Shown here: piece by piece, positions 50,111-61,084 of the stretch
Layout of the letters: each line of letters begins with the position of its first letter
How positions within the stretch are numbered: position 1 is the stretch's first letter
Assembly (NCBI GenBank): GCA_963693365.1
Contig: CAVNZM010000003.1
Span: 14,230,914-14,294,913, forward strand
Length of the DNA: 64,000 bases
Direction: 5' to 3'
Source of the DNA: Amoebidium appalachense
Taxonomy: Eukaryota; Protista; Ichthyosporea
Program-made: the position numbers and the translations under genes
The notes under the pieces: generated by a model
Database searches by the model: none
Seen by the model: the letters and a program-made list of their open reading frames with translations, nothing else
Told to the model about the DNA's origin: nothing

Positions 50111-50112
<2 letters not shown>
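45921..50112 (+). mobile_element. Non-autonomous derivative of the copia family sharing an LTR with the upstream copy
   Basis: LTR 45921-46814, PBS at 46815, ~1.05 kb of sequence not matching gag, a diverged INT-RT spacer (~47910-48330), the RNase H tail, 3' UTR, PPT and LTR 49209-50112. Confidence 0.88.
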
Positions 50113-50148
<36 letters not shown>

Positions 50149-51199
50149 GTGTGTAGGTTTGTGGTGGTGTGTTGTCCGTATTGTGTGTGTGTGATAGTGT
50201 GTTAAGAGTGGCGGTATACCGATGAACCTACGTACACATGTGCACTCAATCATCTCTGCCAAACCTTGTGCACAACACAAGACAAAACGAAGCAAGTCAA
50301 GCACAGCAGAAGTCAATCAAAGAAAACGATCAAACTTACCACCCTCTGTCCCGCAAGTAAAACAACAAAGGGAACACATGCAGACAGGAAACATCCTTCT
50401 TCAAACAGGCGCACGAACACACACACACGTGTGTGTAGTGTGCGTGTGTGTGCCCGTGTGCTTGTGTATGTGTGTGCGTGTGTGCGTGCGTGCCCGGTGT
50501 GTGTGTGTGTGTGTGTGTGTGTGTGCATGTGTGTGTGTGTAGGTGTGTCGTCCGGATCTTGTGTTTGTGTGCGGAAGTGCAACGGTATACGTGTGTTGTG
50601 CGTGCGTTGTGTGTTTGCGAGGGTGGGTGAGTGACCAGGAAGGTGTGGGGTGTACACATGTAAGCATCGATAATATGCAAGGACGTAGGTGTGACAAGCA
50701 AGAGTATGGCCGGTGTGTGTGTGTATGCCTGCAGGTCTAATTTTGTGTGTACTTCATCAAATCGAAGCCATGGGAGAAAAGCAAAAGCCTGGAAAAACAG
50801 TCAATCTTCACAACATGATCCAAAACGGTGGAATTCGAGGGAGGAAAGGGAGAGAGGGAGGTGGAGGAGAGGGGGGGGGGGGGAAGACATGGAATGGAGG
50901 GAGGAGAAAAAAAAAGCACAAGGGAACAAGGTGGTTAACTTTGCAATGCATGAAGGGCAAAGAGTTGGGAGAAAGAAGAGGAGAATATAGAATTGAGATG
51001 CCAGGAAATGGGACGGACGGTGAAAAGAAAAGGGGGGGGGGGGGGGGGGGGGGGGGGGGACCTCAGGTCGGGGGAACCTCGATCGGGGGGACCTCAGGGC
51101 AGATGTGCAAGCTGGCATGTTGACCGTGATGTCGACAGCATTCTTGCTGTGCCTGCAGAGTGTATAGGTGAGTGTTTTTGTGTCGCTTGTCCGTGTGTT

Positions 51200-51252
<53 letters not shown>

Positions 51253-52612
51253 TCGTGTGTGCTGTGTGGAAGGGAGTGTGGGGGAGTGAGAATGGGTGGG
51301 TGGGGGGGGGGGGGGGGGGGGGGGGGGGGAGGCGGTGGTTAGATGAGTGGGTGCCTATGGGTATAAATGTACAACGCCATGGCAAGTATGGGTGTTCAGG
51401 TGTGTGTGTGAAAGCAACGGGGGAAACGGGGAGAGGGAAAAGGGGGGGAGGGGGGGGGGGGGGGGGGAGGGAAGGAAGGGAGAGGCGAGGGCATATGTGG
51501 GTTAGAGTGAAAAGAAGGAGAAGGGATATGAGAACTATTGCCTTATGGATGCATGGGCCGAGGTCCCGGTGGGTGGGTGGGTGGGTGGGTGGGGGGGGGG
51601 GGGGTGGGGGTGGAGAGAGGACTGGAGAGAAAGAGGGAAAGGGTTGAGGGGGGAGGGCATTACATAAACAGCCGGGGGGGGGGGAGGGGGAGGGGGGGGG
51701 GAGGGGGGCAGCACCTGGGGGGAGCAGGGGGTCCCCGCTGAGCTGGGCTAACCAACCGTTTCGGGATGTCACGTCTGTGTGTGTGTGCACGTGGTGTGTG
51801 TGTGTGTATGTGCGCGCGCGCGCGGTGTGTGGTGCAAGTATTCATGTGTAAGGTTGGTGTGTTGGGGGGGCAGGGAGGGGGGACTCTCTATGGGCATAGA
51901 TTTAGGAAGGAAGCAAAATGTCAAGCAAAGGCCCTCAGGGTGTCTGGGCTAACACGTGTGGGTGTATGCATGCCAGCTTTCCAGCAGGTGTATGCATCGG
52001 TGTTCGTGTGTGCTCTCGTCTGTGTGTGTGTTGTGTGTGTGTGCGTGTGTGTGTGTGTGTGTGTGTCTGTGTGTGTGGGTGTGTTCGTGTGCTTGTGTGT
52101 TTTCCTGTATAGCCCGCAAGGCATGGTGTATGTCTTTGTGTGCCCTTATACGCCGTGTGTGTATACCTGCACGACTTTGTGGTCAGATGCTAGCCTGCAA
52201 AATCGTGTGGCATGCGAATGTGGCCCTGCAAGCACGTGTGAAAACAAGTGCACGTGCGTCTGCCTGTAAGGGTGTGCTTGCCTAGACGGTTACGTGTGTG
52301 TGCTAAAAGCCAGCACGGTGTGAAACAGGTGGATTTGAGGCCAATCAAACCATGGCCCCTTGCATGTAGAGGTGCAACTCTAAACGGGAGTGCGTGCCTG
52401 TAGCTGTCTTTGATTCCAACAAGTGTGAAAGTAAATTGTGCGCACGTGTGTGTCTGTGTGTTTGTGGTGGGTGCGGGTGTGTGTGTGTGTACGTGTGTTT
52501 GTGTGCTGGTGTCCTTGTGTGTGTATGTATGAAACTTGTGTGTAAACGAGTGCGTCTTATCGTCTGCACGCTCTTACTCCATGCGTGCGTGTGTGTGTGT
52601 GCCGTGTGTGTG

Positions 52613-52696
<84 letters not shown>

Positions 52697-53399
52697 CGTG
52701 CAAGTGTGTGCGCGAGCTTGTGTACCACTTTTCGTCACCCTACCCTAGGCAGACTATACGCGAAGTTGTATACAAGCAGAGAATTAGGAACATGCTTTTG
52801 GTATGTTCAATACCTTTCTCGACGGTAGAAGTATAGAGGCGTGACGACCAGGACCACTCACGCCTTGGACTTCCTAATTCTCTCTACCTCTAGAAAAATG
52901 ATCTGTCGGCCCTTATTCTAAAATTGCACGCCGCACCCTTAAGCCATTTAAGTGACCCCATACTCTGCTAGTTCGCACACTAAAAATCATAACGACCAAC
53001 TTGAACTTTTCCTCCTTTCCATCATCAACCGACTCTCACTTCAGGACAAGCTCAAACTGTACAGTAGAGCGGCCGTCGGGAAGCTCATGACTCCAAGCCC
53101 GGAGGCGCACATTCAGCATAGCCCCCATTTTGTACAAAGTTGGTTTTCGATTGGTTGGCGAAGTGTGGTGCGACATTCCATCATCCGATTCCACTCATGA
53201 GCCCGCGAAAAGCGCACGAGCCCGAATGTGATCGTGCGATTATCGAAGGTCGCGGTCAATGTGTCGCGTGCGCCGGCTAGTTTCTACCCTTCCGTCGATT
53301 ATCGGCAGATCAAAAAGTGTGGTACAATTTACCTCCCGATTACCCACAGATTTCGCTACATGCCGCTTCGGATTATCTGCGGGTACGGGGGGTAGTTTT

Positions 53400-53853
53400 C
53401 CGCAGAGCATGTCCCCCATAGACGCATTCAGCCCTTGCACCGACTGCAGCAGCTGCTTGAAGTGGTTAATGTGTCTGTACGGCTGAGACCTCTTTCTGTC
53501 CCAGAAGGCCGTGCAGAGTCCCTCGTACGTCTTCCTCCCCTCACCGTCACTCCCCTCCCACCCCCTCCCGTCGTACACCCAGTCCTCCTCCTCCTCCTCC
53601 CCCTCCCCCCCCCTCCCTCCCCCTCCTCGTACACGTACTCCTGGTCCCCTCCGTCGTGCTCGTATTCGTCGTGTTCCCCCGTGCACGTCTCCCTCTCCTT
53701 GCAGGATGCCCACCAACATGCACACGGTGGCTATGGTTTTGGTTGTGTGGTGGTGGTGTTGCAGTACATGTCATAGAGGAAGGGGCACAAGTCTAGCAGC
53801 TTCTCAGGGTCTGTGGTGTCGGCCACCATACTTAGCAGTGTGTCCTCGTCCAT
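53400..53853 (-). pseudogene. Degraded viral-type gene, possible VLTF3-like fragment
   Basis: Begins MDEDTLLSMVADTTDPEKLLDLCPFLYDM, then an internal stop, an acidic tract with a frameshift, and QPYRHINHFKQLLQSVQG, which resembles the VLTF3 Y-x-R-x-N-H-F-x-E-x-L-x3-Q motif. Intronless and on the same strand as pPolB. Confidence 0.45.
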
Positions 53854-54335
53854 TTTAATTTTTTTTTTTTTTACGTGTGTGTGTGTGTGTGTGTGTGTGT
53901 GGTCTACGGGTGTTGCAAAAAGTGAAGTGTTTGTGTACATGTGTGTGCGCCTTTTATATGTTTTGGTGCCTGCTCTTTCTGGCAAGCCTCCCACCCTTGT
54001 ATGCATGTACGGTGGTGGTGTTGGTGTTGTTTCTACCTGTGCCTGCATGTGGTGGTCTGCTGAACGACACGTTTGTGTTTGTGTTTGCATTAAGTCCTGA
54101 TTTTAATGGCTGTTGCCCCTCGTGCACACGGTGCACATGGTGTATACCTAAAAACACACTCTTTTTCTTTAAGTTCTTCTTCTGACCCCCCTGCCCGTGC
54201 ACATGGTACCCCATTTTTCTATCTTTCAAAGCTAAGTTAACAGACACCTCATATAATTTTCAAATTTACTCTAATGTAACTTCAGGTGCTTAGACTACGT
54301 ATGGTCCGCATGCTCTAACCAACCCCCTCCCCTAA

Positions 54336-57300
54336 TCAAAACTGCAGCGTGCCCTCCGGTGCAGCCCACCCAATGGGGTAGCTGCGTACACTACCGTCTG
54401 CCGCCTCAAACACCCCCCTCTTGTCGAAGGCACCCGACTGTGTCTTGCGCTGGTCCTTGCTGGCCAGGTGGTAGTTGTGGGGGACCCCGGGCACGGGTTC
54501 ACGGAGCAGCCGGTGGTTGGTGACGCTCACGCTCGGCAGCTCGCCGTGCACCAGCCTACAGAGGTTGGGCTTGTTGACGGTGTCGGCTGCACGGCGGGAG
54601 AGGGTGATGCCCTTGACCTTGACGTCGGTCTTGCCGTCCTGGGTGCGGTAGGCATACGTCTTGGGGGCCACCGTGACCCCCACGAACTCGACGATGGGGG
54701 TGGTGGTCTCGTTCTTCCAGTTGCCCAGCAGGTCGCCGTTGGTGGAGTCGATGTTGTGGCGGAGGTGGGGCACCCTCAGGCTGTCGTAGTGGTACACGAT
54801 GGAGTCGGTGTCCATGTACACCACCTGCTGGGGGGACAGCCTGAGGGACCGGAGGGCCCCGTAGAGGTGCAGCCGGGCATGTGCCGTGACGTACGTGCCA
54901 ATGGCAATGTTGGCATAGGAGGGGGGTGGGGCCGTCTCCTTCTTGGGCCGGTACTTGATGGCCACCCCCTGCTCGCCGATGGGCTCGACGTCGAGCACCA
55001 GGAGGTTGGGGTTGGTCACCAGCAGCCTCAGCCGGTCGACGTCGTCGACAAACTCGATGGTGTCCAGCCCCGCCCTCTGCACCAACTTGCCCCAGAGGCT
55101 GTTCAGAAACAGCTTGCTGATGGTACGCAGGGCCGGGTTGGGGTCAAACTCGTCGGCGGTCACCGTAATGCCGTAGTGCTCCTTGAACAGGTGCACGAGG
55201 GCAGGAATGTCGGCCGGGTCGACGGTGGTGCTGGTGAGCTTCACCTTCAGGAACGTCTGCACGTACTTCCGGAAGAGGTTCTTGGTGCGTTTCTTGAAGT
55301 GCACCACGTCGTACACGTCGAGTATGGTGTACCCGTCACGCACGGCCATCTTCAACTCCTCCGTCGTCCACGTGCCCACCAGCGCCCTCTCCTCGTCCGT
55401 GTGTGTGCACAGTGTGTGCTCACGTACCCTGGGGTTGCCGTCCTCGTCCATGCAGGTGGCCCGGACCTCCTCCTTGCTGCTGCAGGCCCTGCACAGCACA
55501 AAGCCCAGCTTGTCGTACCCCTGGGCACCCGTCATTCGCACCGGCAGCACCGGAATGAAGAGGTCCTTGGGGGGCAGCACCCTCACACGTGCAACACCAA
55601 AGTACCCCTTGGTCCTGGCCTGGGGGGAGCCGGGGGCCATACGGCACGTCTTGTCGAGCCTCTCCTTGAGCACCTGGGGGTCGGTGACGATGGCCGATGG
55701 GTGGTCCTCCGGCTTGATGGGCAGGCAGGTGAACCACTGTGACTTGCCACCCTGCCGGTGCCCCCCCTCCGTGCTGCCTGGGTTGCAAGTGCAGCCTTGA
55801 CCTCGGGGCTCTGCCTCAGCCTGTCCCACCTGCACTCCCACATGCTCTGCACCTTGTGCCCCTGGGCACGGATGTAACGCTCGTGGGCCATGGTGCTGTC
55901 GTAGGCCTCCCTGGCCGGCCTCTTCACCACCCTCATCGTCAGATCCTCGTGCCTGTTGCAGTCGGGGCACCCATGGAACACACACCCGTGGAAGAAGTAG
56001 TAGGTGCACGTGCCGTCGTCGTGGGTGGCCTTGGCATCGGCCGTGGCCCTGCCGTGGGGGCCGTACCCGGTGGCCACGTGCCGTGCAGCGTCGTCTGGCC
56101 CCACCCCCAGGCTGTGGGTGATGTAGTCGATCTACTCCTGCTCCTTCTTGCTGCTGTTCACGTTGCCCATGGTCTGGTCACGCATCACGGCCACGTCCTT
56201 GGGCATGGCCTGCGTGATCCAGAAGTGCATGGCGAGGGAAGCAAGGGTGACGCACGTGAAGGGGTCGATGCCCGTCAGCTCCACCAGCTTGGACATGAAG
56301 GCCTTGACCACCTGCTGCAGCAGCACCACGTCCTTGACGCAGTAGTCCTCGCACTGCTGCACAATGTCGTAGCATGTGGCCGCCGGTGCCCCCTCGTGCA
56401 GACGTGCCTGCTCCTCGTGCCACCACTGCATGAAGGCAGTATGCTGCCTGGGCTTCATGTCCTGGGCCCCAAAGTCCTCGGGCCCGGGGAAGGCAATGCG
56501 GCCGGCCTTGAAGTTGGCAAACGTGGCTGCACGGTGGGGGAAGTGGCCCTTGGTCTCCTGGCAGCCCATGGCCTTGCCTGCATCCGACAGTGACATGGTG
56601 AGGAAGTTGAGGGTGTCCACGAACGCCAGCTCCACCACCGTCGTGCGGCTGCCGTCCCCCCTCTGCCCCCCGTGCCTCCTCTTGTGCCCGGTGCCTGCTG
56701 CTGCTTCGCCATGGCCATCACCATGGCCATCACCATGGCCATGGCCATCGCCGTCCACGTGCATGGGCTCGGGGCCGGGGGGTGCCGGTGCACCGGCATT
56801 CTTGATGTAGTGACGGATACGGCAGGACTTGATCTTGCTGTTGGCCATGATGGGGACGTACACATAGTCCTGGCAGCCCACCACCCTCTTGGTCACAAAG
56901 TGGAAGTCGAAACCACTACCGTTGTGGCAAAACACCCGGCCGCCGGCATGTGGCGGTGTGTCAAACAGCCACTTCACCACCTTGTCAATAACATGGTGGT
57001 GGTCTTCCATCAACACATCCCAGCCGTTCTTGCCGTCGGCAGAGGCCTCAGGCCAGAAGATGATGGGGGCTGAGGGCTGGCTGGCCGCCGGCTCGACGTA
57101 TGTGGCCACTGCAAGGTAGACAATGTGTATGAAGTGGGGGTTGTCGTCGGTGTGGTCGGGTGCAGGCACGGGCATGGTCTCGAAGTCGAGCACTATGTCC
57201 CGGATGGGCTGCCGGGTCTGCCTCCATGCACCCTTGCTGCCGTCGTCGGGCAGGTGCAGCTTGCACACGTGTGCACCCACCCTGCCGTCGGCACCATCCA

Positions 57301-57880
57301 CCCTGGCCCTCTGCCGTGCAGGTGACCCCTCCCCCTCCCCCTCCTCCCCCTCCCCCTGCTCGTTGGAGTAGCATGCCACCCTGTCACACTCCTTGCCGTC
57401 TGCATCCGTGTGCGTGCACATATGCACACGTCGCTGGTCACGCTTGCTGCGTATGAGGCACGTGTGGTTGCCGGGCATGTAACCCCCGCACCCCTTGCAG
57501 TCGTAGTCGGTGCACAGGTGCTGTGTCCACGTGTCGTCCTTCTTCTTGCCCCCGTCCTCACCCCCCTCCCCCTCCCCCTCAGACATCTGCATGAGGTCGA
57601 TGCCATCATCATCATCGTCACCCTCGTCGTCTGACGACTCGGCAAGGTTGGGTGGGGGGTCGGTGTCGGCATCCTCGGCATCCGAGCCCTCCCCCGTGTC
57701 CGTGCCCCAACCCCAGTCCTCCCCCCTCGTCGTTGGCGCCTGCATCTGCACCTGCATCGTACCCCCCTTGCTCCTGGGCGGTGTGCAGCCGACGTAGCCG
57801 GCGCACGCTGGCGTACTTGAACTTGTAGAAGAACCGGCCGGCAGGGTTGCCCGACACACACACCCGGCGGACACCATCGC
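54336..57880 (-). pseudogene. polB: Protein-primed family B DNA polymerase (Polinton/Maverick/Adintovirus type) pseudogene with an inserted Vsr-like nuclease domain
   Basis: HLC..CKGC..HTC; ExoI VLDFET; ExoII HNGSGFDFHF; FVDTLNFL; KGHFPH; ExoIII YCVKDV; IDPF..TLAS; FHGCVFHGCPDC...MWEC; KLFLNSLWGK; YVTAHARLHLY; YMDTDS; APKTY; KVKGI. Stop at 56132, frameshifts at ~56090 and ~55770, motif A absent. Intronless and GC-rich. Confidence 0.92.
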
Positions 57881-57884
57881 CGGT

Positions 57885-58370
57885 ACACACACAGTGTGTG
57901 CACGTGCTCCTGTACATATATCCACCCATATCTCATATCCCATATCGCGATGTGTGTACACAGATATCACACATCTCACATCCACTTATGCCATATCTTT
58001 GGGGGCTGCGGTTCTGATTGGTCAGTTTTCCGGCAAATTTGCTTTTTCGCCTCCTAATTCCCATTGGGCGGCTATTTCCATTGGTCAGTTTTCGCCTGAA
58101 TTCAGAATCATTTCGCATTCCTTCGATCCGCAGCACCTGTAGGTGTGCGCACCACATGTACGCGTACACGTACGCGTACACGTGTTCCGCCCTCTCTCTC
58201 TTTAATTATTTAATTACAATCACGTGCGCTGCACGTGTTTTACACACACACACACAGTGTGTGCACGTGCTCCTGTACATATATCCACCCATATCTCATA
58301 TCCCATATCGCGATATACACAGATATCACACATCTCATATCCACTTATGCCATATTTTGGGGGCTGCGGG
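57885..58370. repeat. ~125-bp direct repeat pair (~57885-58010 and ~58248-58370) upstream of pPolB
   Basis: acacacacagtgtgtgcacgtgctcctgtacatatatccacccatatctcatatcccatatcgcgat...atccacttatgccatat.ttgggggctgcgg occurs twice. Confidence 0.85.
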
Positions 58371-58566
58371 ACCGCGTGAATGTGACGTCACACCTGTGAC
58401 GTCACCATTCACGGGGTGCCGCGCCCCCAATTGTAGTGGGGGGGCAGGGGGAAGGAAGGGAGGGAGATCAGGGGGCCCGAGGGGGTGAGGGGGGGGAGGG
58501 GGAAGGAGAGAGAGAGACAGAGGGAGGAAGTATTGGGGGGGAGGATCCGGAAGGAGAGAGAGAGAG

Positions 58567-58604
<38 letters not shown>

Positions 58605-58606
58605 CT

Positions 58607-58653
<47 letters not shown>

Positions 58654-58852
58654 GCACACGCACACACACACATAGAGAGACAGAAGGGGGGGGGGGAGAG
58701 AGAGAGAGAGAGAGAGATATCATGATATATATATATAGAGAGAGAGAGCTCTCGATTAAGCTCGAGTGTGAGTGTGTGTTCGACATCATACATGTACAGC
58801 ATGGGTGGACGAAGAATCCAGTCAATTGTGGGTCTTTCAAATGCTTGCACCT

Positions 58853-59031
58853 ACCCTCACTGTATCGTGGCGGTCATTCCCTTGTCTTTTTTGCCGCCAA
58901 TATACAGCCCTGAGCCTCTGTGTGTCGTTTGTTGTTGCCTCCGAGTGCCCCTCTGCAATGCTTGCTGCCAGGCATAGTGCCTGGGGTCCCGCCCCGACAA
59001 TCAGAAGCTCATACAGTATGCGTCCACGCAT
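58853..59031 (-). CDS. Probable first exon or remnant of an FAD/NAD(P)-binding oxidoreductase
   Basis: MRGRILYELLIVGAGPQALCLAASIAE is a Rossmann beta-alpha GxGxxA motif; possible donor GTAGGT at ~58853; downstream exons not found. Confidence 0.55.
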
Positions 59032-59445
59032 AACATACTCCACGCACAACATAACGTCGACGCCGATTTTCAAAAATCTTAACATACTGACCTCGGTTAT
59101 TTTTCGGGATTATGTTAGCGCACCAAGGGGTCCTATACATAGTAGGAGGAGTAATCGGGTTTATCTGGTCAGTTTAGACCCCCTATGTTTAGTATTTCGA
59201 TCTCTTTCCCAGACAAAACAGTGGTTCGCCGTGATTTCGAATTCAACGACCGCCCAAAGCTCGCCAGGGCCAATGATAGGCGGCGGCCGCACATCGCATG
59301 GTATGCAAAGGACTCATGTGGCCGACTATGTCGATAAACGAGCAGAAACATACGAAGGCCCCAACTAGTTCGAAGCAGTCTTGTATAGCTAGTTTTTACA
59401 TCCTAGTCATATAGGCAGGTTGAATGCATATTAAACCCACCGATC

Positions 59446-59724
59446 ATGACCAAGCCAGTAGTCCAGGTGCAGGCAGCTGCACTTGGGGCGTTGAATAGTG
59501 CACTGCACACAGTAAATGAGGCCACAGACAAGTTTCAGGAAACTACCCAAGAAGCCCAAGCAATCATTTCTGAGGGTTTTGTAAACGCAAACAACACAAT
59601 CAACAACGCAACCACACGTGCAATTGCACAAGCCGAAACGGCAAAAGCACAATTGCGCTCGCACATGGAGAGTTTAGAGAGCCGCAGAGCCCCCACACGC
59701 GCGGAATCGCTGAGTCTTTTCCGT
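59446..59724 (+). CDS. Probable first exon of an alpha-helical/coiled-coil protein
   Basis: ATG at 59446, Ala/Gln/Thr-rich amphipathic sequence, phase-0 donor GTGAGT at 59725; divergent from the oxidoreductase exon. Confidence 0.5.
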
Positions 59725-60104
59725 GTGAGTTACGGTAATGGTTTGGAGCTTGATGAAACCCTGAATACGGATTTGTATGAGGCGAAGGGGGAGGGGTTGC
59801 CTCTTACTCGTGTAGGTGTGTGGTGCCAAATTCGTGGTGTGAGAGTAAGGTGTGAGGGAGCAGAAAGACTAGTACGTCCTTGTTTGTATGAGTTGTTTTG
59901 TGTGTGTGTGTGTGTGTGTGTCTGTGTTTCTTTTTTGGTTTGGTCCCCTTGAAAAAAATTAGTATGTTTTTATTATTATTTGAATCAAATACTTATTGAT
60001 TTCCTCTATATTTACTTATTTAGCAGGTTCGGGAGGAGGGGAGGGGGGTGGGGGGGGGGACTTGATGTACTAAATGCTAGACTTTCAAGTATTGATTTAG
60101 ATTT

Positions 60105-60199
<95 letters not shown>

Positions 60200-60363
60200 C
60201 ACACACACACACACATAGGCTTTCACGCTTTCAGCTTCTTCTTTTTTTTTTTTTTTTTCAAAGTTTTTTTTTTCCCCCCGAATTTCTCTTTTTTTTTTTC
60301 ACCATCTCAAAAAGGAACTAGTATAAGTATTCTTTGTTTATTCATTCATTTGATCAATTTATT

Positions 60364-60913
60364 GTTTTTTTATTTTTTATTTTTTTTATTTTTTATTTTT
60401 ATTTATTTATTTTATCACCTTTTGTTCCCGGAGGGCCTTTTCAGGCCCTCCAGGGAAACTACCGTCTACCACACAGCACCGACAGTACACTAGTTAAGGT
60501 GCTATCTATGAGTTCAGCTAAGCTAAACCATCCTTCACAACCTAACTATAAGTACACACTTTGCCCAGGGCTACTACCCCAGCCACGCCGGCAGGAGGCT
60601 CCAGTCCTCCCCTCCATTCAAAACCTAGCAATAAACGTTAACTGAGGGCTCTCATTGGTCGATCTACAGTATTGGGAAGGCCTAGGTGTTGTGTATAATA
60701 TTTACGGTGGGTATGGGTGGATGATGGGGTGTGGTGGTGGTGGTGGGGGGGGGTTGCTGCCTAACATTATGTGTTGTTGTACGTATGTTGTGGCGATGTT
60801 TTTGTGGACTAAAAGGTGGGTTTTACAGGGCACACCGGGTCTGTGTGTGTTCCGGCAGTCAGAACAGGCCGGCCGGGTGTGTGTGGGGGGTGTATTTGTT
60901 GGTGTTTTGGGTT
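60364..60913 (-). mobile_element. Non-LTR retroelement 3' end or SINE-like insertion
   Basis: 15-bp direct repeat TTTGATCAATTTATT at 60349-60363 and 60914-60928. A-rich tail on the minus strand, preceded by a strong hairpin TTCCCGGAGGGCC-TTTTCA-GGCCCTCCAGGGAA (~60426-60458). Confidence 0.65.
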
Positions 60914-61050
60914 TTTGATCAATTTATTATTTGTTTACTACTATATTTATGTCATTTAGCGGTTTGCGGATTCCCCGCCCGATGGAGAAGCCCAGTGTGG
61001 CCTCCTGGGCGGGCGGGAGGGCGGGCGGGCGGGAGGGCGGGCGGGCGGGG

Positions 61051-61084
<34 letters not shown>

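Noticed and set aside
50113-52730. Possible small minus-strand exons among GT/poly-G tracts (e.g. ~51060-51152, ~52270-52397)
   Set aside because: Intron-like composition suggests a gene, but I could not build a consistent frame or recognise a product.
58500-58750. (AG)n tract as a Polinton terminus
   Set aside because: GA microsatellites are common throughout the window, and no matching inverted terminus or 6-bp TSD was found.
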